50,547 nt of DNA from Eledone cirrhosa (Eukaryota). The notes below the pieces were generated by a model. It worked only from the letters and a program-made list of their open reading frames with translations, was not told the DNA's origin and made no database searches. Every line of letters begins with the position of its first letter. The stretch's first letter is position 1. Shown here piece by piece: positions 17,574 to 35,189 of the stretch. The stretch covers positions 1 to 50,547 of the forward strand of contig CAXHJY010001360.1 of assembly GCA_964016885.1 (NCBI GenBank). The letters are read 5' to 3'. Position numbers and translations under genes: made by a program.

Positions 17574-20500
17574 TTAGAGATGCCTACTGGCAAGGCGGGT
17601 CTTCTCTGTTACTGAGTACCGCCAAAGGTCTCGGTCCAGTGACATTGTCTTGGAGAGGTGTAAGTGTGTGAGGTCGGAGTTTATCAGCTCATCCCAGGTT
17701 TTTCTAGGTCTGCCTATTCCGTGGCTACCGTCTATCTTTATTGCCCTGCACTTTGTTATACAGCTATCGACTTTCATGCGCATCACGTGTCCATACCAAC
17801 GCAGCCTTCTCTCGAGTAAACAACATCTGATCCCTCTTATCTCTAATTTTTTCCTTAGTTCGTTTATGCTTTGCCGTTCACGTATATTACTGTTACACAT
17901 CCAGCGGAGCATGCAAGCTTCGTTCCTCTCTAGTCTGCGTATATCCTCTGCACACAATGCCCAGGTCTCACTACCATGTAACATTGCTGTTCGTATGCAG
18001 GCATCGTACAACCTGCCTTTCATTTTTAGGGAGAACCCTTTAGCAGCTAATAGTGGTATAAGCTCTCTGAACTTTTTCCAACCAGTTCTGACTCTAGCTA
18101 CAGTACTTTCAGAGCACCCTCCCCCACTGCTGATTTTATCGCCCAGGTAACGGAAGCTGTCCACTATTTCTATAGAACCCTCTGCGCAATTGAAAGAGCT
18201 AGTATTTTGTGGGCACTTGCTGCTGACTTATTGCACCAGAACACCGGCCACATGTAAAATCTATGTTCTTAGTTAGCTTACCTGTGATCCCACTACATCT
18301 TTTATGCACCCATACTTTGCATTTAGGACATAAAATTGGAGTTTCTACCTACGCCTTTCCTACACACCGAGCACGACCATTTCCCAGAAGGGACCGCCGC
18401 CTTGTTTTCTTTCCTACAAACTAGAACTTTGGTCTTAGCCAGGTTAATTTTAAGTCCTTTTGACTCTAGGCCGTGCTTCCATGTTTGGAATTTCTTCTCT
18501 AGCTCGGCCATTGATTCCGCTATGAGTGTCAGGTCGTCTGCGTATAGGAGTTCCCATGGGCAGCCTGTCTTGAACTCCTCTGTTATAGCCTGAAGGGCAA
18601 TAATAAATAGTAGGGGGCTGAGAACAGAGCCCTGATGGACGCCAACTTTTACGCTAAACTCTTCACTATATTCGTTGTTAATTCTAACCTTGCTGACTGT
18701 TTCTTTATACATGGCTTGTATTTCTAAGAGCCCACCAGATAATGGAGCGGGGGACTCTGTCGAAGGCTTTCTCCAGGTCGACAAAAGCTAAGTAGAGGGG
18801 TTTACCTTTAGCTAGGTACTTCTCCTGTAGTTGTCGTACTATGAAAAGAGCGTCTGTGGTGCTTTTGCCTGACACAAACGCGAACTGCATTTCATCTAGG
18901 TCAATTCTCTCTCTGATTAGTTGCGCTATTACTTTTTCCGTGACCTTCATGACCTGGTCGATTAATTTAATGCCTCTATAGTTACTCCTATCTAGGGCGT
19001 TTCCTTTACCCTTATAACAGTTAACGATGATGCTGCTATGCCAGTCCTTCGGAACAACCCCATTCTGTACGACTTGGTTAACTATGCGGGTGACCATGGT
19101 GTGTCCCACCGTGCCAGATGCCTTCAGCATCTCAGCAACTATTTCCGAAGGCCCAGCCGCCTTACCCGTCTTCATATCCTTGATTGCCTTACTTATTATA
19201 CTCCCCTCGACTAACACTGCTGGTCCCTCTATTGGGTCGATATGGGGGAGACTGTCTTTCTCCCATTTATTCTCCTCATTTAGTAGCCTTTCATAGTGAC
19301 ACTTCCAAGCTACCTTCTTATCAGTGTCGGTGATGGCAAGTATGCCATCATCGTTAAGTACACACTTCTCCCCGACAATATCACGGTTTTACTTGACGCA
19401 TTGCCTAGCAATCCTGAACACCTCACGTTTTTGGTCATCGCGCTGTAGAACATGCTTGAACTTTCTTTCCTCAGCTTCCCTTCTTGCTAAGTACACTTCT
19501 CTCCTAGCTTCCCTCCTGGCCACTTGATAGTCTACTCTACTTCCCCCATCCCGCCATACTTTCCAAGCCTGCTTTTTGGCCTTAATTGACCCCTCCACCC
19601 TACTGTTCCACCACCATGTTACTCTCCTCCTGCCTACAGGCCTGCTCCAGCCACAGACTTCGTCTGTCGCCAACAGCAGGTTTGCTTTCAGAAATTCCCA
19701 CTGTCCCTTTATATTGTACGATTCTAGATGCTCTTCCTTACTGTCGAAAGCATCAAGTAATATGCTTTGAAATTTATTTCTGGCTGTGGGGTCCTTTAGT
19801 TTCCATATTTTCCTCCTGAGGATAGTCCTCTTCTGCTGTCGAGTACGTCTCATCCTGACTATGAGGTCGCTAATTATCAGTCTATGTTGGGAGGTGCATT
19901 CTTCATGGGGGAGGGATTTAGTGTTTACAACAGACACTCTGTCACGTCTTCTGGTAAGGATATAATCTACCTGGCTTATGTGTTCCCCGGATCTATAGGT
20001 GATCAGGTGATTGTCACGTTTTTTGAAGTTAGTGTTACAGATAGTTAGGTTATTTGCATCACAGAATTCCAGGATTCTGGAGCCTTCCTCATTTCTAGTA
20101 CCAAACCCATAGCCTCCATGGATTTCGTCATAGCCGTCACAATGTTGTCCAACGTGACCATTTAGGTCGCCTGCAATAATTATATAGTCACTGTCAGATA
20201 TTTGGGAGGTAGTTAGCAACAGTGTCTCATAGAATCTGTCTTTTATAGTGCCGGGCAGTCCGGATTGGGGTGCGTACGCAGATATTACTGTCACCGTAGT
20301 TCTATTGAGGACAAGTCGTATTTTAATTATTCTGTCGTTCACTCTATTTACGTCTATTATCTTATCTGCCCACTTTTCTGCTACCATGATTCCTACTCCA
20401 CCCAGCCCATCGTCGTTTCCCACCCAGAAAAGCTTATAACATCGTTTTTTACCCTCAATGAATCTAGCAGACCCACCCCTCCACCTGGTCTCTTGAATAC

Positions 20501-20725
20501 AACAAACATCGACCTCCTTACGTTCAAGCATTTCTACAACCTCGTTAGCGCGACCCTTTAGGGTGCCTACATTTATGGTACCAACTCTGAAGTTTTGGGT
20601 TGCGTTTGGAGGGTGGGGTGGTGGGGGGCGGGGGGAGATAGGGTTATGTTAGCCATCCACGGACGAAACAAAGAGGAGTGCTCGCATTCTCGTCCACGAG
20701 GTGAATTTGACTTTAACTTTGGCAT
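17574..20725 (-). pseudogene. RTE APE-RT ORF with stops, frameshifts and a ~32-bp deletion at 18720
   Basis: [48 protein letters not shown] and RLRWYGHV are split across several ORFs. Confidence 0.92.
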
Positions 20726-21001
20726 TTTCGCTCTGAGCGTCCAGATTTTTCTCTCCCTTCCACTCTCCAGGATTCCGCAGTCCGTCCATCCATCCATCCA
20801 TCATATATCGAAGGCAACCGGGCAAGCGATAGTATAGGCCTCTGGCTTATGATTGGTCCGCGTAATAATAATAATGGTGATGCGTGTGGGGGGGGGGGCT
20901 CTGGCTTATAATAATAATGGTGATGTGTGGGCGGGTGGGGCTCTGGCTTATGATTTGTCCACGTATTAAGAATGGTGGTGTGTGGGGGCGGGTGGGAGGG
21001 G

Positions 21002-21501
21002 TGTGGGGTAGCTAGCTGGAAGGTTATGAATGTTTAACAAGCGATTTAACAAAAAGCAAAACTGCAAGATTTGTTCTGTTTAATACGACAAAAACACCGT
21101 ATTTAAACCTTAAATAGATAACAAAAAATACAGATTTCGGATTTTGCGAGATTGGATGTTTGGACTATGTGGGGTAGCTAGCTGGAAGGTTATGAATGTT
21201 TAACAAGCGATTTAACAAAAAGCAAAACTGCAAGATTTGTTCTGTTCAATACGACAAAAACACCGTATTTAAACCTTAAATAGATAACAAAAAATACAGA
21301 TTTCGGATTTTGCGAGATTGGATGTTTGGACTATGTGGGGTAGCTAGCTGGACGGTTATGAATGTTTAACAAGCGATTTAACAAAAAGCAAAACTGCAAG
21401 ATTTGTTCTGTTCAATACGACAAAAACACCGTATTTAAACCTTAAATAGATAACAAAAAATACAGATTTCGGATTTTGCGAGATTGGATGTTTGGACTAT
21501 G
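21002..21501. repeat. Three near-identical 166-bp tandem units in the RTE 5' UTR
   Basis: tgtggggtagctagctgga begins at 21002, 21168 and 21334. Confidence 0.9.
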
Positions 21502-21640
21502 TACGAAATTGAGCGTGGAGTAGATAGAGAAAAATTTGTACTTTACGATTTACATGGGTACACCGTAGTAGGAATAATTGAAGCAGCGATGGATTGGCGA
21601 AAGTGAATAAACATGAAGGAGAACTTATCTTATATATATA

Positions 21641-21707
<67 letters not shown>

Positions 21708-21945
21708 AGCTAAGAGAGAGAGAGAGGGGAAGGGGGAGAGAGAGAGAGGGGAAAGGGAAGAAAGAGAGAGGGGAAGGGGGAGAGAGATTGTGGCTGACCG
21801 CAGCCCCTCGTGGAGTAGCTGGAGGGTGAAGGGCGTAGAGCGGATTTTTGACTTTCAAGTAGTATAATATATATATTTAAAGTAATTTATAAGAAGTAGA
21901 ATGGGAAGGATATATTTATATATATATATTTATATATATATATAT

Positions 21946-22140
21946 ATAGGAACCAGTAAGACCCCGACGGCTGAGCTCAAGCCGTTTCGCCGGCTAATTC
22001 TGGTCCAGAATTAGCCGTCGAAACGGCTTGAGCTCAGCCGTCGGGATCTTACTGGTTCCTATTACCCACTCTACTACCCCAAGTATTGAGTACTTTGGTG
22101 CGTTATGGTCCACCTGGTTCCTTACCACATTTCCCTTCGT
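21946..22140. mobile_element. Short fold-back element (58-bp arms centred on 22004) carrying the 3' half of an HHR
   Basis: ggctaattctgg-T-ccagaattagcc-gtc-GAAACGGCT(tgagctc)AGCCGTC; the left arm recurs at 31226-31285. Confidence 0.7.
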
Positions 22141-23637
<1,497 letters not shown>

Positions 23638-26600
23638 CGTATATGTCGTATTTTTCAAAACAAAAATCCTTCTTATATATTCTTTTTAAAATATATTTGT
23701 TATTTTGAGAACTGTATTTAAACTCTTAATTCCCGCTCCTTACTATCTGCTCCCCCTCCCGTACATCACGCAGGTTCGCGGTCAGCCCCCCCACTCTACA
23801 TCATGCGGCCAAATCCCCCCCCCCCCATCTCTCTCTCTCTCTCTATCTATATATATCAGATAAACCCTACAAGTAATCACATTCGCCAAATTCATGGCGG
23901 CTTTCATGGTATAATGTAATGTAATGTACACATTTTTCTTCCATTTCTCCACTCCATTTCATTCCTTAGTCCACCCATCCGATAATTCTCTAGCATTTTC
24001 TCTTCCCCGAATCCAATCTTTGCCTCGCTACTCGTTACTCTATCGTATTTTCCAAAACAAATCCTGTATTTTTGTCGTATTTTCCAAAACAAATCTTGTA
24101 TTTTTGTTAATGCTTGTTAAATTATGCCCAAATACGAGGATCTTATTTAAACCTTACCTTCTCGCTAACAAGTCAACATCCCTCCCGCCCTCCCCCACGC
24201 ACCACCATTATTATTACGTGGACCAATCATAAGTCAGAGGCCTATACTATCGCTTACCTGGTTGCCTTTCGATATGATGGATGGATGGACTACGGAATTC
24301 TGGAGAGTTGAAGAGAGAAAAATATGGACGCTCAGCGACAATGCCAAAGATAAAGATAAAGACAAATTCACCTCGTGGACGAGAATGCGAGCACTCCTCC
24401 TCTTTGTTTCGGCCGCGGATGGCTAACATATCCCATCTCCCCCCACGCCCCACCGCTCCCACCCACCAAACGCAATCCAAAACTTCAGAGTTGGTACCAT
24501 GAATGTAGGCACCTTAAAGGGTCGCTCTAACGAGGTTGTAGAAAAGCTTGAACGTAAGGAGGTCGATGTTTGTTGTATTCAAGAGACCAGGTGGAGGGGT
24601 GGGTCTGCTAGATTCATTGTGGGTAAAAAACGATGCTATAAGCTTTTCTGGGTGGGAAATGACAATGGTCTGGGTGGAGTAGGAATCATGGTAGCAGAAA
24701 AGTGGGCAGATAAGATAATAGACGTAAATAGAGTGAACGACAGAATAATTAAAATAAGACTTGTTCTCAATAGAACTACGGTGACAGTAATATCTGCGTA
24801 CGCACCCCAATCCGGACTGCCCGGCACTATAAAAGACAGATTCTATGAGTCACTGATGCTCACTACCTCCCAAATAACCGACAGTGACTATATAATTATT
24901 GCAGGCGACCTAAAGGGTCACGTTGGACAACATTGTGACGGCTACGACGGAATCCATGGAGGCTATGGGTTTGGTACTAGAAATGAGGAAGGCTCCAGAA
25001 TCCTGGAATTCTGTGACGCAAATAACCTAACTATCTGTAACACTAACTTCAAAAAACGTGACAATCACCTAATCATCTATAGATCAGGGGAACACACAAG
25101 CCAGGTAGATTATATCCTTACCAGAAGACGTGACAGTGTCTGTTGTAAACTCTAAATCCCTCCCCCATGAAGAATGCACCTCCCAACATAGACTGATAAT
25201 TAGCGACCTAATAGTCAGGACGAGACGTACTAGGCAGCAGAAGAGGACTATCCTCAGGAGAAAAATATGGAAGCTAAAGGACCCCACAGCCAGAAATAAA
25301 TTTTAAAGCATACTACTTGATGCTTTCGACATTAAGGAAGAGCAATTAGAGTCGTACGATATAGAGGAACAGTGGGAATTCCTGAAAGCAAACCGGCTGA
25401 TGGCGGCAGACGAAGTCTATGGCTGCAGCAGGCCTGTAGGCAGGAGGAGAGTAACATGGTGATGGAACAGTAAGGTGGAGGGGTCAATTAAGGCCAAAAA
25501 GCAGGCTTGGAAAGTATGGCGGGATGGGGGAAGTAGAGAAGACTATCAAGTGGCCAGGAGGAAAGCTAGGAGACAAGTGTACTTCGCAAGAAGGGAAGCA
25601 GAGGAAAGAAAGTTCAAGCATGTTCTACAACGTGAGGACCAAAAATGTGAGGTGTTCAGGATTGCTAGGCAATGTGTCAAGGAAAACCGTGATATTGTCG
25701 AGGAGAAGTGTGTACTTAATGATGACGGCGTACTTGCCATCACCGACGCTGATAAGAAGGTAGCTTGGAAGTGTCACTACGAAAGGCTACTAAATGAGGA
25801 GAATAAATGGGAGAAAGACAGTCTCCCCCACATCGACCCAATAGAGGGACCAGCAGTGTTAGTCGAGGGTAGTATAATAAGTAAGGCAATCAAAGATATG
25901 AAGACGGGTAACGCGGCTGGGCCTTCGGAAATAGTTGCTGAGATGCTGAAGGCATCTGGAACGGTGGGACACATCATGGTCACCCGGATAGTTAACCAAG
26001 TCGTACAGAATGGGGTTGTTCCGAAGGACTGGCATAGCAGCATCATCATTAACTGTTATAAGGGTAAAGGAGATGTCCTAGATAGGAGTAACTATAGAGG
26101 CATTAAATTAATCGACCAGGTCATGAAGGTCACGGAAAAGTAATAGAGCAAATAATCAGAGAGAGAATTGATCTAGATTGAACTAGCTAAAAGTAAACCC
26201 CTATACTTAGCTTTTGTCGACTTGGAGAAAGCCTTCGACAGAGTCCCCCGTTCCATTATCTGGTGGGCTCTTAGAAAACTAGGTGTTGACGAATGGCTTG
26301 TGAGAGCTATACAAGCCATGTATAAAGAAACAGTCAGCAAGGTTAGAATTAACAACGAATATAGTGAAGAGTTTAGCGTAAAAGTTGGTGTCCATCAGGG
26401 CTCTGTTCTTAGCCCCCTACTATTTATTATTGCCCTTCAGGCTATAACAGAGGAGTTCAAGACCGGCTGCCCATGGGAACTCCTATACGCAGATGACCTA
26501 ACACTATTGCTGAATCAATGGCCGAACTAGAGAAGAAATTCCAAACATGGAAGCACGGCCTAGAATCAAAAGGCCTTAAAATTAACCTGGCTAAGACTAA

Positions 26601-27825
26601 AGTTCTAGTTTGTAAGAAAGAAAGTAAGGTGGCGGTCCCCTCCGGAAAGTGGCCATGCTCAGTGTGTAGGAAAGGCGTAGGTAGAAACTCCATTTTATGT
26701 CCCAAATGCAAAGTATGGGTGCATAAAAGATGTAGTGGGATCACAGGTAAGCTAACTAAGAACATAGATTTTACATGTGGCCGGTGCTCTGGTGCAATAA
26801 GTAGCAGCAAGTGCCCACAAAATACTAGCTCCTTCAACTGCGCAGAGGGTTCTGTAGAAATAGTGGACAGCTTCCGTTACCTGGGTGACAAAATCAGCAG
26901 TGGGGGAGGGTGCTCTGAAAGTACAGTAGCTAGAGTCAGAACTGGATGGAAAAAGTTCAGAGAGCTTATACCACTATTAGCTGCTAAAGGGTTCTCCCTA
27001 AAAATGAAAAGCAGGTTGTATGTTGCCTGCATACGAACAGCAATGTTGCATGGCAGTGAGACCTGGGCATTGTGTGCAGAGGATATACGCAGACTAGAGA
27101 AGAACGAAGCTTGCATGCTCCGCTGGATGTGTAATAGTAATATACGTGAACGGCAAAGCATAAACGAACTAAGGAAAAAATTAGAAATAAGAGGGATCAG
27201 ATGTTATTTACTCGAGAGAAGGCTACGTTGGTATGGTCACGTGATGCGCATGAAAGACGATAGCTGTATAACAAAGTGCAGGGCAATAAAGATAGACGGT
27301 AGCCACGGAGTAGGCAGACCCAGAAAAACCTGGGACGAGCTGATAAATTCCGACCTCACACACACCTCACCAAGACAATGTCACTGGACCGAGACCTATT
27401 GCAGTACTCGGTAATAGAGAAGACCCGCCTTACCTAAATACAAAGTAAAACCTACTACAGTCAGTAGGCATCTCTAACAAAATACACCCCAGTCCCACCA
27501 CCCCCACCCATCCACACCGCCCCTTTCAATGTAAAGTTATGTTGGGGCCACAACATCCAGGCCGAAACAAATGAGATAATGTAGGTGTCACAACAAAAAA
27601 ACACACAGTCCACGCTGTAATGTGGCCGTATAGGCAACACGGTAAAACCCTCCCAGCCCCACACTGTAAATGTGGTTGGTGTTAGGAAGGGCATCCAGCT
27701 GTAGAAAACCCACCAGACAGTCCTATGCGAGCAATGACAACCACTCTTGCCTCAAGTGGGAAAACTCCCGTCCAAACCCATGCAAGCGTAGAACATGGAC
27801 GTTAAACAATGATGATGATGATGAT
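23638..27825 (+). mobile_element. RTE-clade LINE subfamily A, copy 2 (with 5' UTR, disrupted ORF)
   Basis: ORF fragments at 24341-27414, ~75-bp deletion near 26180, ~30-bp insertion near 27432, (GAT)n tail at 27809-27825. Confidence 0.9.
24341..27414 (+). pseudogene. RTE APE-RT ORF, fragmented
   Basis: [37 protein letters not shown] and a Cys/His cluster, with several stops and frameshifts. Confidence 0.92.
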
Positions 27826-28312
<487 letters not shown>

Positions 28313-28314
28313 TT

Positions 28315-28623
28315 AGCCTTGCAATCGAAAGATTGTGAGTTCAATTCTCAGACCGGGTGATGTGTTGTTTCCTTGAGCAAGACACTTTATTTCACATTGC
28401 TCCAGTTTACTCAGCTGTAGAAATGAGATGATAGGGACTGGGGTCCCTATCATTCCACTGTAAAGTGGTCGTGGAGGTGCCACGGCAAAAAAGCACCCAG
28501 CACTCACTGTAAATGAGGTTGGTGTTAGGAAGGGCATCCAGCTGTAGAAATCAAGCCAGAATCAGTTCCCGTCCCACCCTTGCAAGCAGGGAAAAGCGGA
28601 CGTAAAATGATGATGATGATGAT
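28315..28623 (+). mobile_element. tRNA-derived SINE, 5'-truncated, with RTE-derived 3' tail
   Basis: B box GAGTTCAATTC, CORE-like CCTTGAGCAAGACACTT, 3' part matches the RTE-B 3' UTR, (GAT)n tail. Confidence 0.85.
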
Positions 28624-28630
28624 ATATATT

Positions 28631-28705
<75 letters not shown>

Positions 28706-28915
28706 ATATTTCTGTATATATATATTTATATATATATATATATATTTCTGTATATATATATATATTTCTGTATATATATATTTATATATATATATATATA
28801 TTTCTGTATATATATATATATTTCTGTATATATATATCTATATATATATATATATATTTCTGTATATATACATATATTTCTGTATATATATATCTATATA
28901 TATATATATATATAT

Positions 28916-28991
<76 letters not shown>

Positions 28992-28997
28992 ATATAT

Positions 28998-29045
<48 letters not shown>

Positions 29046-29116
29046 ATATATTTCCGTATATATATATTTATATATTTATATATATATATATTTCTGTATA
29101 TATATATTTATATATT

Positions 29117-29169
<53 letters not shown>

Positions 29170-29174
29170 TTATA

Positions 29175-29268
<94 letters not shown>

Positions 29269-29432
29269 TATATATATACATATATATATTTATATTTATA
29301 TATTTAAATATATATATATTTCTGTATATATATATTTCTGTATCTATATATTTATATTTATATATATATATATATATATACATATATATATTTATATATT
29401 TATATATATATATATATATTTCTGTATATATT

Positions 29433-29463
<31 letters not shown>

Positions 29464-29468
29464 ATTTA

Positions 29469-29504
<36 letters not shown>
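28624..29504. repeat. (TA)n microsatellite with TTTCTG interruptions
   Basis: Direct reading. Confidence 0.93.
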
Positions 29505-29505
<1 letters not shown>

Positions 29506-29545
29506 GATATTAAATACATGGAAACTATATTTATAAAACCATATT

Positions 29546-29610
29546 TATTTCATTATACATATTTCAGGGATACAAAATTAAAATATGGCATGCCTTCGTC
29601 AGATAAAATA
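29546..29610 (-). ncRNA. Degenerate type-I HHR candidate within the 29505-29690 island
   Basis: Minus strand tattttat-CTGACGA-AGG...CCT-GAAA-TATG-TA-taatgaaata; stems imperfect. Confidence 0.45.
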
Positions 29611-29700
29611 CAATATATAAACAGTTTTATAAATAATTTTGATGTACCCTATTAGAAGCGACCATTATTTTTGGAGGCTGTCTGGACAAATATATATATA

Positions 29701-29732
<32 letters not shown>

Positions 29733-29787
29733 TTTCTATATATATATATAAATATATTTCTATATATATATATATATATATTTCTAT

Positions 29788-29823
<36 letters not shown>

Positions 29824-29852
29824 AATATATATATATAAGTATATATATATAA

Positions 29853-29889
<37 letters not shown>

Positions 29890-30000
29890 AATATATATAT
29901 ATAAGTATATATAGTATTAATTATACTATTTATGGTTATGTAAATACAAAAAACTTTTGCAGTTATGTATATTTTTTTATACATTCTTATATTTCATAAG

Positions 30001-30043
<43 letters not shown>

Positions 30044-30063
30044 TTATATATATATATATATAA

Positions 30064-30136
<73 letters not shown>

Positions 30137-30163
30137 AAAATATATATATATATAAATATATAT

Positions 30164-30484
30164 ATCATCACCATCATCATCATCAGGTTTAGCGTCCGTG
30201 TTCCACGCTTGCATGGGTTTGGACGGGGGTTTTCCCACTTGAGGCAAGAGTGGTTGTCTTGCTCGCATAGGACTGTCTGGCGGGTTTTCTACAGTTGGAT
30301 GCCCTTCCTAATACCAACCACATTTACAGTGTGGGGCTGGGAGGTTTTTACCGTGTTGCCTACACGGCCAAATTACAGCGTGGACTGTCTGGCGGGTTTT
30401 CTACAGCTGGATGCCCTTCCTAACACCAACCACATTTACAGTGTGGGGCTGGGAGGTTCTAACGTGTTGCCTACACGGCCACAT
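30164..30484 (-). mobile_element. RTE-A 3' UTR fragment with ~112-bp internal duplication
   Basis: Matches 17218-17440; the block starting ggactgtctggcgggttttctacag occurs at ~30270 and ~30382. Confidence 0.85.
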
Positions 30485-30540
30485 GTATATATAAATATAT
30501 ATAAATATATATATTTATATATAAATATATATATATATAA

Positions 30541-30970
30541 AGACTTTGCCACCAGATCTACCAACCTAACACTCTTATTTACCTACCTAAGTGCCTCTAC
30601 CACACATATCTCTCTGCCACACTATATAAACAAGACGCACATGCGTGCCACACATATAACATTTGCACTATATAACCACTTATCTTCATGTTGTACTTTA
30701 ACCTATATCTTTGATTTTTGATTGTACCTATTAATATAAATGTAATCTCGAAGTGTGTACTGCCACTCTAAATTCTGTAATGAATGTTGACCCACAATGT
30801 TTGAATATGTATCAATGTTTGAATATGTATTGGTATGTCTCTCGGCTGAAAAGGAGGTCATATAACTGTCCATGCATTAATAAATTGCTCCGAAGAATCC
30901 AAACCTCGGTTTGGAGGAAACAGCTGTAAGCACAATAATGTTTTGAACAGTTCTTTGATTCTTATATTTC
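30541..30970 (+). mobile_element. Non-coding Penelope-like 3' end (pLTR) fragment
   Basis: CA-rich segment, then an HHR fold, then a short AT-rich tail into (TA)n. Confidence 0.5.
30886..30932 (+). ncRNA. Type-I HHR with core variant CCGAAGA
   Basis: TGCT-CCGAAGA-A-TCCAAACC(tc)GGTTTGGA-G-GAAAC-AGCT-GTA-AGCA. Confidence 0.68.
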
Positions 30971-32747
<1,777 letters not shown>

Positions 32748-32764
32748 AATATATATATAAATAT

Positions 32765-32887
<123 letters not shown>

Positions 32888-32950
32888 TATATATAAATAT
32901 ATATATATATATAAATATATATATATATATTTATATATATATATATATAT

Positions 32951-33720
32951 ATAAAATATTTAAAAAATAATGAATAAAACAATGAAACAGTTCCTTATAT
33001 TAAACAAAAAAAGTTCATTATTTAACGATTGTTTCTAGGACATATATGTGTTAGAATTGGCATGCATATTTAACAGATCTATGTACAAGATTATACAAAA
33101 TTATACAAACTATCAAATTTAATATACATACCAACACATATATATGCCGTCTTCAGAAATAATGAAATATATTTATTGATAATAACAACAATTCAAAATT
33201 ACAGGTCTGTTTGGGAACAGAGTTCAAATTGACCAATGAAATACACAGAAATATGTCCAGAAAATACAGTTAGGTGTGTGTATATATGTAAGTAACTTCG
33301 TTCACAGATATGCATAAAAATATATGTTCACATGCATACGCATGTCGAAAAAATGTATGTAAATACAAAAATTCAGGGCTAATGTCTCTGTATGTTTATA
33401 ATCTACAGATAAAATACATATACGTATATAAACATATATACATTCATATATACACACATAAATATACATTCACACACACACGCGCATATACGCATAAACA
33501 TACACATAACCACGAACATACACACACACACACACGCATATATGTGTATATATTATTATCATAAGCATATGGACATTAAGGCGCGCACATAAGCACTGCC
33601 ACATATATTTAGGTCCAGATACAGAAAGTAGGTGGGGGGGGGGGGGGGTCAGTATTTACGGGTGTCAGACAAACTGCCTATTTAAAAATGTATCTATAAA
33701 TTTAGAAATAAAAAGAAGAA
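32951..33720 (-). mobile_element. Family B pLTR-like element with complete HHR and upstream simple-repeat-rich UTR-like region
   Basis: 32951-33140 is homologous to 15678-15869; the sequence continues past the point where other copies fold back; right boundary uncertain. Confidence 0.65.
33014..33166 (-). ncRNA. Type-I HHR with greatly extended stem II
   Basis: Minus strand TTCATTATTT-CTGAAGA-cGGCATATATATGTGTTGG...CTAACACATATATGTCCta-GAAAC-AATC-GTT-AAATAATGAA; perfect 10-bp stem I. Confidence 0.75.
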
Positions 33721-33770
33721 TATTAAAAAAATATATATATATAAACAAGTAAAATATAAAATACACATCG

Positions 33771-33803
<33 letters not shown>

Positions 33804-33808
33804 TACAC

Positions 33809-33839
<31 letters not shown>

Positions 33840-33903
33840 TATACACATATATACACACACATATATATAGAGACACATACATATATACATATTCACAACA
33901 CAC

Positions 33904-33936
<33 letters not shown>

Positions 33937-34060
33937 TGTACATACACATATACACATACATACCCATATATATATATATATACACACACACATACACACA
34001 CACATATACACACACATATATACATAGATATATAGATATATATATATATATATATATACA

Positions 34061-34508
34061 CAGGGAGACCCAAGATGACTTGGGATGAGGTGATAAAAGC
34101 CGACCTTACCCAACTACACCTCTCAAAGTCAATGACACACGACCGTGACTTCTGGCGTCACGCAGTAATACAGGGTACCCGACCTCCCATGGGTACATGC
34201 TGAAGCATATAAACAATATGCCCCCCCCCCCCCCCTCACCGCAAGCTGGTCGTGGAGGTGCCACGGCAAAAAAGCACCCAGCCCACACTGTAAAGTGGAC
34301 GTGTAGGCGCCACGAAAAAGCACCCAGCACTCACTGTAAATGAGGTTGGTGTTAGGAAGGGCATCCAGCTGTAGAAATCAAGCCAGATCAGTTCCTGTAT
34401 GAGCAAGGCATGGTCAGCCGACCAGACACTGCCCACAACAGGACAACCCGTCTAACCCATGCTAGCGTGGAAGAACGGACGTAAAACGGTGATGATGATG
34501 ATGATGAT
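34061..34508 (+). mobile_element. RTE subfamily B 3' fragment
   Basis: Reverse-complement match to 46002-46435; (GAT)n tail. Confidence 0.88.
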
Positions 34509-34643
34509 ACATACATACATATACGCATATATACACACACACACACATCCATGTATGCATATACACATACAACTACACGCTCACACAACTCAGACATACA
34601 TAAATAAAGAGATATACATACACACATATACATATATATATAC

Positions 34644-34678
<35 letters not shown>

Positions 34679-34727
34679 CATAAATATATATATACACACA
34701 CACACACACATATACATACATATATAT

Positions 34728-34773
<46 letters not shown>

Positions 34774-34960
34774 TCATATACATATATATAAATAAATAAA
34801 TAAATAAATACACAGTCAGACAATTATGCACACAAATATATATATATATATATACACATACACTCATCAACTACAAATATATATATATATATATATATAT
34901 ACTCACATATACACGCACACATACGCATATATATACACACTCACACACATACACATAGAC

Positions 34961-34997
<37 letters not shown>

Positions 34998-35014
34998 TAC
35001 ATACATATATATAC

Positions 35015-35045
<31 letters not shown>

Positions 35046-35050
35046 CACAC
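34509..35050. repeat. Mixed (CA)/(TA) microsatellite
   Basis: Direct reading. Confidence 0.85.
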
Positions 35051-35189
35051 AATCATACACCCTTATTTACATGCGCACATATGTATTTTTATACTCACAT
35101 ACAAGCACCCAAATATACATACCTACCTACATATACATACGTACATCCACGCTTACAAATACAAATAATTATAGGGGGGGGGGAAGGGG

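Larger units (their letters stand above)
17218..21910 (-). mobile_element. RTE-clade LINE subfamily A, copy 1 (long 5' UTR, disrupted ORF)
   Basis: (GAT)n tail at 17218-17238; APE/RT fragments at 17574-20800; 5' UTR shares motifs with 23640-24240 (tcac.ttcgccaa, gcggtcagcc); 5' limit approximate. Confidence 0.9.

Noticed and set aside
21002-21501. CRISPR-like array
   Set aside because: Whole 166-bp units repeat with no unique spacers, and the context is a eukaryotic LINE UTR
24325-24435. Possible HDV-like ribozyme in the RTE 5' region (GCTCAGC...GCGAGC...GGCTAAC)
   Set aside because: I could not build the nested P1/P1.1/P2/P3 double pseudoknot by eye. A simple hairpin (cgtggacgaga/tttcgtccgtg) fits as well, and GGCTAAC overlaps ATG GCT AAC. 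A descriptor search would settle it.
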